A stretch of DNA of 64,000 bases from Tubulanus polymorphus. Taxonomy: Eukaryota > Animalia > Nemertea. The stretch is taken from assembly GCF_964204645.1 (NCBI RefSeq), contig NC_134034.1, positions 10,304,962 to 10,368,961 of the forward strand, read 5' to 3'. The notes under the pieces were generated by a model that had not been told where the DNA came from, did no database searches, and saw only the letters and a program-made list of their open reading frames with translations. The number at the start of each line of letters is the position of its first letter. Position 1 is the stretch's first letter. Positions 53,845-64,000 of the stretch are shown here, piece after piece. Position numbers and translations under genes: made by a program.

Positions 53845-54451
53845 GTCCGAAAATGTTTCCTTAAGCTAGTAGTTTATTCGACGTTTCGTAGTCATTTTCA
53901 GGATTACTGTATTCATTGAACTAGCAGTTTATTCGACGTATCGACTTTATTCTAATAGTCATCTTCAGGAATACTGTAATCATTGAGCTAGTGTAGCTTA
54001 TTCAACGTTTCGACTATATCCCAATAGTCATCTTTAGGAATACTGTATTCCTTGAGCTAGTGTAGTTTATTCAACGTTTCGATTATATCCTAATAGTCAT
54101 CTTTAGGAATACTGTATTCCTTGAGCTAGTGTAGTTTATTCAACGTTTCGACTATATCCTAATAGTCATCTTTAGGAATACTGTATTCCTTGAGCTAGTG
54201 TAGTTTATTCAACGTTTCGATTATATCCTAATAGTCATCTTCAGGAATACTGTATTCATTGAGCTAGTAGTTAATTCGAAGTTTCGAATAGTCATCTTCA
54301 GTATCACTGTATTCATTGAACTAGCAGTTTATTCAACATTTCGACTATATCCTAATTGTCATCTTCAGGAATACCGAAGACTATTAGAATATAGTCGAAA
54401 CTAGCTAACGCTCACGAAACTAACTACTAGCTCAAGAAAACATTTTCGGAC
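53845..54451 (-). repeat. 69-bp tandem array (~8 units) of minimal hammerhead-ribozyme-like motifs, bounded by ~30-bp inverted repeats
   Basis: The minus-strand consensus is UAUUC-CUGAAGA-U-GACUAU-UAGGAU-AUAGUC-GAAAC-GUU-GAAUA. The flanks gtccgaaaatgtttccttaagctagtagt (53845-53873) and actactagctcaagaaaacattttcggac (54423-54451) are inverted. Confidence 0.8.
54205..54250 (-). ncRNA. Minimal type-I hammerhead ribozyme motif (best-preserved unit of the array)
   Basis: Stem I is UAUUC/GAAUA and the CUGAAGA core is intact. Stem II is GACUAU/AUAAUC with one mismatch. GAAAC-GUU gives a palindromic ACGU stem III. Confidence 0.6.
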
Positions 54452-54849
54452 TTTGTTTTGCGTTATAATTGCGGGATTCCAGTGTTTATATTGTCGTCAC
54501 AACACGAATATGAATCATTAAAAAATCATTATCAAGCTAACTCGGTAGTTATATTATAGAAATGAACTGATTCCAAATATCATTGCAGTTTACGAAATGA
54601 CACGGCCGATTAGGAGAAACAAGGTATCATTTTATCTTAGCCTTATAGGCGGTTATATATATGCTCGAACATGTATAGCCCCGGATATATTGGAAGTTAT
54701 TCATTTTTTCTCGTACACAATTATACCGTAGACTATGCGGCCAATTAATGCCGGCTGCAAAACTGTATTGATATAGTGAACTGGGCAAAAACATCCAAGT
54801 GCACGCTTTCCAAATATGGACTAGCCTTAGATAAAGATATAGAGTTTAT

Positions 54850-55690
54850 TGTATTTTGCAAACTCTTACTCGGTATTTGACACCAACTCGGGGTAGAATT
54901 TTACCGGTCTCAACTTTACCGCAGTAAGAGACAGTGTCTACTGTATTTCACAAACTCTTACTCAGTATTTGACACCAACTCGGGGTAGAATTTTACCGGT
55001 CTCAACTTTACCGCAGTAAGAGACAGTGTCTACTGTATTTCACAAACTCTTACTCAGTATTTGACACAAACTCGGGGTAGAATTTTACCAGTCTCAACTT
55101 TACCGCAGTAAGAGACAGTGTCTACTGTATTTCACAAACTCTTACTCAGTATTTGACACCAACTCGGGGTAGAATTTTACCAGTCTCAACTTTACCGCAG
55201 TAAGAGACAGTGTCTACTGTATTTCACAGACTCTTACTCAGTATTTGACATCAACTCGGGGTAGAATTTTACCAGTCTCAACTTTACCGCAGTATGAGAC
55301 AGTGTCTACTGTATTTCACAAACTCTTACTCAGTATTTGACATCAACTCGGGGTAGAATTTTACCGGTCTCAACTTTACCGCAGTAAGAGACAGTGTCTA
55401 CTGTATTTCACAGACTCTTACTCAGTATTTGACATCAACTCGGGGTAGAATTTTACCAGTCTCAACTTTACCGCAGTATGAGACAGTGTCTACTGTATTT
55501 CACAAACTCTTACTCAGTATTTGACATCAACTCGGGGTAGAATTTTACCGGTCTCAACTTTACCGCAGTAAGAGACTGAGTCTACTGTATTTCACAAACT
55601 CTTACTCAGTATTTGACACCAACTCGGGGCAAAATACGATAAATTGTTTGATAATTCTATAGTCTCAACTTAACCGAGAATTGCTGAGTC
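54850..55690 (+). repeat. 92-bp tandem array (~8.5 units) with a unique inner flank
   Basis: The unit is gtatttcacaaactcttactcagtatttgacaccaactcggggtagaattttaccggtctcaactttaccgcagtaagagacagtgtctact. An inverted sister array lies at 62260-62940. Confidence 0.95.
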
Positions 55691-55924
55691 TATTGTATGC
55701 ACTAAAATGAATGGATCTATGAAAATCAGGGTCAATTGGTGTTTTATCACACGAGAATATTTGACAATTAAAGCCATAAATAGCGTGATAAATGAGCGCT
55801 GTGCAGAGGTTCATCTAATTCTATAATCGTATCACAATTTATACATAATGACGATACTTGGTAATATTTCACTAGACAACGACGTGCCCTTCGAACTGCT
55901 CATCAAAAAGGTTGATTTCACAGG

Positions 55925-56700
55925 TCTGATGGGAGAGCAGCGAGTTAATAGGTTCTCGACGAACCCCCTCTCCTTACAGTTGTGGGTGGAGGGCAGCGAA
56001 TAGAACCGACTCGTGAGTTCTCAGTGAACACCTTCTCTCCACAGCTGTGGTTGGAGGGCGCCGAGTAGAACAGCCACACGGGTTTTTTAGTGAACATCCT
56101 CTCCTCACAGCTGTGGCGGGTGAGCAGCGAATAGAACAGACTCGTGGGTTCTCAGTGAACACCTTTTCCTCACAGATGTGGTGGGAGAGCAGCGAGTTCA
56201 TAGGAATAGAATAGACACATAGGTGCTCGGAGAACCCCCTCTCCTCACAGCTGCGGTTGGAATGCGACCAGTAGAACAAATACATGGGTTCTCGGTGACC
56301 CCCCCTCCCCCCACCCCGTATAGTTGTCGGAGGGCAGAATGTACGCATTAGGGTTTTAGTGAACCCCTCTCCTCACAGCTGCGGTCGGAGGGCAGCGAGT
56401 AGAACAGACACACGGGTTCTTGGTGAACCCCTCTCCACACAACTGTGGTGGTAGAGCAGCGAGTGGAACAGACGCACGGGTTCTTGGTGAACCCCTCTCC
56501 TCACAGCTGCGGTCGGAGGGCAGCGAGTAGAACTGACACACGGGTTCTTGGTGATCGTGAACTCCTCTCCTCATTACTGTGGTGGTAGAGCAGCGAGTGG
56601 AACAGACGCACGGGTTCTTGGTGAACCCCTCTCCTCACTGGGAGAACAGCGAGTAGAACAGAGACATTGGATTATGGGTGAACCCCCTCTTCTCACAGCT
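55925..56700 (+). repeat. ~64-bp degenerate minisatellite
   Basis: Units read gaacccctctcctcacagctgcggtcggagggcagcgagtagaacagacacacgggttcttggt. Reverse-oriented relatives lie at ~44040-44220 and ~49128-49220. Confidence 0.88.
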
Positions 56701-56789
56701 GATTGTGCTTCAATACATTCTCTGCCCTTTTGAATATGTGAATGAATACATTTTCCTGGGGCTGTTTTCTATCTGTTTTCGCCTTTCTA

Positions 56790-56872
56790 ACAACAGCAAC
56801 AGCAACATCAGTAGCAGCAGCAACAGCATCAGCCACCGCAACAGCAATAGCATGAGCAACAGCAACATCAGT

Positions 56873-56906
<34 letters not shown>
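56790..56906. repeat. (CAG/CAA)n trinucleotide repeat
   Basis: Imperfect CAG/CAA run in apparently non-coding DNA. Confidence 0.9.
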
Positions 56907-56908
<2 letters not shown>

Positions 56909-57344
56909 GCTATGAGTCGAAACATTAAATTATACCTCGTTCACTTAATACACACCACACGCATAACTACGTAGAGATTTGGATTCTACAAGTTAATTCG
57001 ACTATTACTGGGACTTATTTTCCGATTACGGCAGCTGAAAGGACCCAACAGCCAAACACTTGACGTGTATATTGTTAGCAAGCGTAGCGAGGACAGTAGC
57101 GGCATGATTAGCCCGTGATAATTAAAACCTACCATTAATGAGCTATGATCTAGGTTGACATAGGAGAATCCATCATTCATATTCAGCGCACATTTTGTCT
57201 CTTATTTTTGTATACACATAGATGTATTCATGTATATCGTTTTTATCAATGATTCATGTAAAACAAGAATAATGTCCTATTATAGGTCATGTTTCGCGTA
57301 TTGTAGCACAATTTGAATTTTACATGATATAATTTACTTGTTTC

Positions 57345-57393
57345 GAAACCAAAACGTTTCGGTTGTTGACCCACAGCCATCATCAGGTGGAAT
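57345..57393 (-). ncRNA. Minimal hammerhead ribozyme-like motif (Penelope-like LTR remnant)
   Basis: The minus strand reads CCAC-CUGAUGA-U-GGCUGU-GGGUCA-ACAACC-GAAAC-GUU-UUGG. The core is intact. Stems I and II each have one mismatch. Confidence 0.5.
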
Positions 57394-58375
57394 GACCACA
57401 ACACAGAAGTAACGTAGCATATAAACTTACACGACATAAACAAAAGCTTTATGTCAGAATTAAATAAAACAGAACAAGCGACAAATGTTTCCGAACGTTT
57501 CTCTGTGTTATGCGTTGACGAGAAACGCGAGACATTAATCTTCTCGAGATGTGTAATTCCGTGTTTCCCTAGTGTTTCTCTGCGCGGGGTGCTTCTGGGG
57601 AGAATGTCGTCATTAGTAAATAATCACCATGTTTCCGGATCCTCAAAGTTATCGAGGACGAGAAGGTCGTCATCGTTGAGAAGTACGTGAGAATCTGAGT
57701 CGTCATAAGTGACGTATCGGGAAATAAAAGCAAAGATCTTTTTTGTGAAAAAGACACTATATTTTGAATTATGTTTAGATAAGGTTAATCACATGACGCA
57801 CTTTTCCGCCACCTAGTGGCCTTTGGTAAAACGAACAAAAATCATAAACATTAGCTTCGTCATATTTTGTTAAACCTCATTCGCCATCTAGTGGCTTCGT
57901 ACAAAACCCTCATCCGTAACGCTCCGGAAGCCTACTGTTAATTGTTTTATGGTTAAATAATTATTCGCCATCTATCGGTCTTATGCAACATTCACACTTT
58001 TAAAAACTAAATGAAGATATAAAAATATCTGCTAGTAAAAATCACATACGCCATCTAGCGGATATACAATGGATCGTGAACGGTTGCCCGCCATTCTATT
58101 AATCAGTGATAATAAAGATACACATGCTTTTCGTGAAATTTGAAGAATTCAGTCAACCCCGATATCCCATTCCATATCGGCGATTCAGGATTTAGGCAGT
58201 AAAGGGAGTATGGCGGTTAAGAATACATAAATTCCGTTTTGATTAATGCGTTAGGCAGGGATGGCGGTTTATCAAGGGGCGGCACATGGTGGGGTTGACT
58301 GTTTACAGCTCCGCGAACGCTGCCCACAGATTACACTTGGCACACGTTCGCCATCTAGCGGAATTATCCAGAGAA

Positions 58376-60053
58376 TTAAACGGTTTGCGTGCCGCTCTTC
58401 ATGTTGATGTTAACACCGCTGAAAATGTGCGAAATACTGAGGAATAACGGATCCAAAATCGTGCTGATGAACAACTTCCAGAACGCGCCGAAGATCTGTA
58501 GACAAATCGTCGTCATTTTGAAGGCCGGCATGATCAACCAGATTTTAGCGAAAGCCATCAGAGCGAAGAGGAATCCCCAGAGAATCCCTAGAATGACGCC
58601 GAATCCGCCGGTTAGTATACGATACGACCATTGCTTCGTTTCGGTGAAGACGATGAAAGCCACCCGCCAGACGGCACCAAAACTGTGCGAACCTTCCGGT
58701 TCGGCGATGACATCTTCGTACATAACCTGCAGAGATTACATAAAAAAGATTGGTCAAGAAACGGAACCGCAACACCAGCAATACCGCCAGATGGCGTGAT
58801 GCACCGGGATGGAATTAAGACCGGCTTAGATGTATATAGATCCCTCCAATAGTATATACAGTATTGTAAATAGTTGATGTATATATATTTCGTTACGTTT
58901 TCATTCTCTAAATTTTAATCACTTCAGTGTTGTTTTGTAAATATTTGTATATACATGTGTAATAGTTTTCCTCCATATACCATGGAAATGGTTGGAGTGT
59001 AAATAAAATCGTAATCGTAATCGTAATCGTAATCGTAATCGAATTGTTGTTTTTAATGTTAGTCTTGCTTCACGTGGTTCGGATCTTGGCTTGTTCTTTT
59101 AATCTTAGAATAGTGATTGACCCTGTTGTTTATTTGATTGGCAGTGTTCATTTAACCTCAAGACGGGACCACATTCTCCTGTGAAGTGTTGCCAGCGCAC
59201 CATAGGTTGCGTCCTTACGTTGTCAAGCTTAATTCATTACCAATCAACTTTGAACACTCAAATCAGCGGAACTTAGAACTGTGCAACTGGGTCCAACGGT
59301 GAGACTAAAGCCCAAAAGTGATCTTGAAATCCTAATACTATAGTCTTAAGAAGTTAGCTTGGCTTAGATCCAAAATGAGCTTAGACTGATTTCAACACGT
59401 TAGATTGGTTATAGAACCAAAATGAGCTTAGACTGGTCGTATGTTGTTAGATTGGTCATAGAACGAAAATTAGACTGATCTTAGGCCTAAGATATGACTT
59501 AGCGACTGTGCCCAGATCCTCAACTCAGCGGTCGCCTCAACGTTACGGAAAACAAGGTGCGGGTATAAATGTGACACGGCTAAAAATTGATACCTAGTTT
59601 CTCATTTCTGCTGGGCTTAAAGCCGACCCGACCGACCGACCGACATCTGGCCGGCACATGATCTAACGTTAACATGCCTGGCAATTATAGAAATTAGCTG
59701 ATTACAATATTATATAGCAGTTTACAAAAATGACTCGGCCGATCGGGAGTTAAACGAGGTATCATTTTTTAGCTTAAAATACGTACGCGAACGTCATCGT
59801 TCATGCGAGTCGGGTCTCGATCTCTGTAGTCGAGGTTCTCCGGGTCGCGGCTGTAGGTGGTCGGGTGAGCCGGGTCGTTCACTGTCGTTTTGATTGACAT
59901 CGCACCGGTGCCTGCTGCTGCTGCTGCTGCTGCTGCTGATCCGCGAACCGCTGGTAAAGGTCTCGATGGATTCCTATCTCCCGATAAAGGTTGTTCGTCG
60001 TCAGATGTTATGCTGTAGGCCTTCTCTCTGTCGTCCATTCCCTGGTTATCCAT
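58376..60053 (-). CDS. CAV: Caveolin (205 aa; exons 60053-59787 and 58726-58376)
   Basis: ..DYRDRDPTRMNDDVR|VMYEDVIAEPEGSHSFGAVW... matches the caveolin RDP..N + (F/Y)EDVIAEP + HSF..VW signature. It is followed by the scaffolding region (FTETKQWSYRIL), the hydrophobic hairpin and DPLF. Splice sites gtacgt/cag are canonical and phase 0. Confidence 0.95.
58800..59042 (+). mobile_element. LINE 3'-end fragment in the caveolin intron
   Basis: It ends ...ggagtgtaAATAAA followed by (ATCGTA)n. It shares ~40 nt with 17735-17830. Confidence 0.65.
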
Positions 60054-62259
60054 ACTATAATAGTCCCAAGTCTAAAGTCATGTATATATGCGTGTAACGC
60101 CCCTTTATCGTCGAGATATCAACGTACCAGGAGTCGATTAAAACAGTAAAACTTCTCCTCTGAAGTAGTTGAAATATCTTATCAGCAGTTTCAAATTTAA
60201 GTCACGACAGAGAAAAGATAAGAATTGACCTACACACAATTATCATTCAGTAGATACGAATCGTGTGCACTGATATTTATATCAAACAGGATGTTAGCTA
60301 AGTACGAGAATACCTTTATTGTCGACGAAAAAAAAACCCCGAGATTCGAAACGCCATAAATCTCTTAGTTTTTCGTTTAAAAAAGCGGGATTTTTCTTCA
60401 ATTGAATTAGAGACGGTCACTTAACAAGTAGAAATCCACAGTGTTGATATCAAAACGTTTATTAGTCCGACAGTTACCGAGTTTAGATCAGAAACAGAAA
60501 ATGGTACGATATCATAATATTGTTATGTCAATTTTGGTTTCTTTGATCCGTGCGGAACCAAGCCCGTATATTGCACTGTATTCCGGTAATATAGTCAGAA
60601 AAGAAGTGACATAGTACCTAGTAATCTGACAGGTCCAGAAAGCCTTAGATATATATACAAGGAAAACGGGTCGTGTTTCAGAACTTTCTCGGGGAGGACC
60701 CCTAAACCCCCTTTAGCGATAGGCTTTGCTGTCGGCAGATCATCGAGTAATCGTTTCTAAGAATGTAATCAAATTCAGCCCCTGCTGATGATGCAGTTTA
60801 GATGAAACACCGACAGTGTCAGCCATTAAACTAAAAGTTTTAGTATCAACCCCGGGTTATCACTTGTTAACTCTAAATACTGAGATTAATGTGAATCTTC
60901 CAGTCAGACATTCCCTTATCTGTGGTAACACCTATTCTATGGGGCAGCTGTACCATCAGCACTAGATGAATGGTTAGTATATCTGGGTGACGACGAAGTA
61001 GAAACTAAAAAACCGTTACAAATACATTTTTAAATGTTGATGATTTATTATGTATTATTTGAGTCGATGTGCACTACGTCATCGATATGGCGGCTAGGCC
61101 GGTTGTTGGTCAATTCAATCCGATATATTCAAATTCGAACGAACTTTATATTCATCATTGACGCATATACCATTTATTCATACTTTTTTTTTCATTTTCT
61201 TCGTGAAAAATCTAAACCGCAAATGTGTAAATTCGATTCTTTTTTAAAAAGTTAGTCGTCTCGTCGACCGTGCCCGGTTTTTACGAAATGAATTCGTTTA
61301 ACACAAACGCGAACGTGAATAATTCCGTAAATACGAACACGAGAACATTGAGAGAAAAATACTTTTTCATACACGCTTGACGACAAAAGCCGCTGGGGGA
61401 AAATATTCAGTGAGGAGTTTGCGAAGAGCCGATAACATGTCCGTTCTTTCTATTTCTATAAATATATCTATATCTGAATGTGTACAATGCGTTTGTTCTC
61501 AATTGGAGGCCAAACAGCTAAACGACGCCGACATCTGGTGATTGTCTTTAATGGGGGATCCTGTCATCAGGTACATAATTAATGTATAAAACGCGCGAGA
61601 TGATGCTATTTCTCTCGTTTGGTATTCAGGTGACGTCGCCATTCATCGAAGACGCGCACGCCTCTGAATCGGGTCGATGCTGTATCTGCGGCTTTTTTTT
61701 GTCAAACGTATTCGAGTCGAGTGCGGGCGATTTCGGGAGATAAATGACTACGGGGTGCGGTTAACCCCGGGTCTCTAAAGGTTATTATATCCGCATTAAG
61801 AAAAAAAGAAAAAAGGGGAAAGAAATGCCCGTTTGCTATTGATTGTGTCTAAATATATGTATAAACGTATATATATATGTACATATATATTTATGTATTG
61901 ATTCAGCAGGGCAAAGTTTAAAGGCCATAGTTACAAACAGGCACAAAAAGATATCACGAATTGATTGATGATTCTCCGGTGAGAAATGATATCGAGTTCT
62001 GCCGCACGAAGAGTGGGAGAAAAGTGGAGGATCGTTATATTAACGTATCTATGGAAATTCGGATTCTTTTATAAACAAAAGATACGCCGAAAAAAATTCG
62101 CAAAATGTGACGCCACCCGTCGTTCGTGGTTCTTCGATCCTATTCAACAAAAAGGTTTATTTTATAGAAGTTGGTTGTAGACCGAACAGTTGCTATCGAC
62201 ATTTTCAATTTTTTGGATATGCTCAGAATTATTATTTCAAAGTTTTTTTAAAAATGAAA

Positions 62260-62940
62260 TCCGGTTGAGATGAGACTATGGAATTATTCAAATTTATCAT
62301 ATTTTACCCCGAGTTGGTGTCAAAATACTGAGTAAGAGTTTATGAAATACAGTAGACTCTGTCTCTTACTGCGGTAAAGTTGATACTGGTAAAATTCTAC
62401 CCCGAGTTTGTGTCAAATACTGATTAAGTGTTTGTAAAATACAGTAGACAGTCTCATACTGCGGTAAAGTTGAAACCGGTAAAATTCTACCCGGAGTTGA
62501 TGTCAAATACTGAGTAAGAGTTTGTGAAATACAGTAAACTCTGTCTCTTACTGCGGTAAAGTTGAAACCGGTAAAATTCTACCCGGAGTTGATGTCAAAT
62601 ACTGAGTAAGAGTTTGTGAAATACAGTAAACTCTGTCTCTTGCTGCAGTTAAGTTGAAACCGGTAAAATTCTACCCGGAGTTGATGTCAAATACTGAGTA
62701 AGAGTTTGTGAAATACAGTAAACTCTGTCTCTTACTGCGGTAAAGTTGAGACCGGTAAAATTCTACCGCGAGTTGTTGTCAAATACTGAGTAAGAGTTTG
62801 TAAAATACAGTAGACTCTGTCTCTTACTGCGGTAAAGTTGAGACTGGTAAAATTCTGCCCCGAGTTGGTGTCAAATACTGAGTAAGAGTTTGTGAAATAC
62901 AGTAAACTCCGTCTCTTACTGCGGTAAAGTTTCTACCGCG
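62260..62940 (-). repeat. 92-bp tandem array (~7 units), inverted sister of 54850-55690
   Basis: Reverse complement of the same unit, including the shared non-tandem inner flank (62261-62318 vs 55618-55680). Confidence 0.95.
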
Positions 62941-63444
62941 AGTATGTGTCTAAAAGTTTCTTACTCGAAGAAGTTGCATCGGCAGTGTTTCGTGGCAGAC
63001 GAACGTAGGTCAAGGTCACATGTTTAAGAGATAGCTTCGCCTCACCTGCATGGCCACGTGGTCACGGGTAACTTCGCATTATCATTTTTCGTACATACAC
63101 AAGAGCATCGGAAAATACAGTTCGTTGATAAATGTTTTTCGCCGATTGTCGGTGGTTATTTGCGCCGCGGCATCAGCTGGCGTTTTTCCCGGAAATACGC
63201 ATGCCTGACGCAGTCGCAACGGTCATAATTACCCAATTCAATTCGCATTAAGAAACATTAAGAAAACGGCGCACAATACAACACGGCGCAGGAGCGCGCC
63301 GGCCGCAGTGGCTTGTCGATTTTATATATGAATAAGTATCGAATGAAGAACGGCCAATTGGAGATATAGAGACCAATCCCTAAAACCGAACAAAAGTATT
63401 GAGAAAAAAGACGTTTGACTTTGTGTTGGTTTTATTTGACTGAT

Positions 63445-64000
63445 CGAGTTCCACAATTGTGCAGGTTAAATTTGACTCTGAATCTAGTTCCACAGTTAAG
63501 CGGCTTTAATTTGACCCTGAACCCAGTTCCACAGTTTGTATAGATTTAATTTGACTCTAGAATCCAGTTCCACAGTTGTGTGGGTTTAATTTGACTGTGG
63601 ATCCAGCTCCACAGTTGTGTAGGTTTAATTTGACGCTGAACCCAGTTCCACAGTTGAGTGGGTTTAATTTGACTCTGAACCCAGTTCCACAGTTGTATAG
63701 ATTTAATTTGACTCTAGAATCCAGTTCCACAGTTGTGTGGGTTTAATTTGAGTGTGGATCCAGCTCCACAGTTGTGTAGGTTTAATCTGACTCTGAACCC
63801 AGTTCCACAGTTGTTTGAGTTAAATCTTACTCTGGACCTAGTTCCACAGTTGTGTGGGTTTAATTTGACTCTGGATGCAAGTCTGACAGTTATGTGGGTT
63901 AAATTGACTCTGGACTCAGTTCCACAATTGTGTGGGTTTAATTTGACTGCGGATCCAGTTCCATTGTTGCGTGGGTTTAATTTGACTCTGGATCCAGTTC
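63445..64000 (-). repeat. ~41-bp minisatellite (same family as 15127-15510), running off the window end
   Basis: Repeated ccagttccacagttgtgtgggtttaatttgactctggat units. Confidence 0.93.

Noticed and set aside
56678-56974. Poly-Ser / poly-Leu ORFs suggesting a signal peptide or polyQ protein
   Set aside because: Derived from the CAG/CAA microsatellite, with no exon context.

Overview
Eukaryotic animal genomic DNA, probably an invertebrate. It is AT-rich with GT-AG introns and many minisatellites and MITE/LINE remnants. Six spliced genes can be built by hand: (1) the 3' end of an F-type lectin (fucolectin) gene (+, 398-1362); (2) an LRRFIP1/2-family gene (+, ~5891-28688), with a ~6-kb ORF in intron 1 that looks like a giant alternative first exon, plus candidate microexons; (3) an unrecognised type-I single-pass membrane protein (-, 32472-37515); (4) an ADAMTS-like M12B metalloprotease without TSP1 repeats (+, 41964-48853); (5) a four-EF-hand calmodulin-like gene (-, 50734-52636); (6) a caveolin (-, 58376-60053). 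The three most notable observations follow. First, the calmodulin-like gene appears to start at a non-AUG (ACG) codon, which would add an MGC acylation-type tail. Second, a 69-bp tandem array has a unit that folds as a minimal type-I hammerhead ribozyme of the Penelope-like type, with related single copies elsewhere, including one on the caveolin sense strand. Third, the giant, possibly myristoylated, MARCKS/gravin-like alternative N-terminus of LRRFIP. All exon structures are manual predictions without transcript data.
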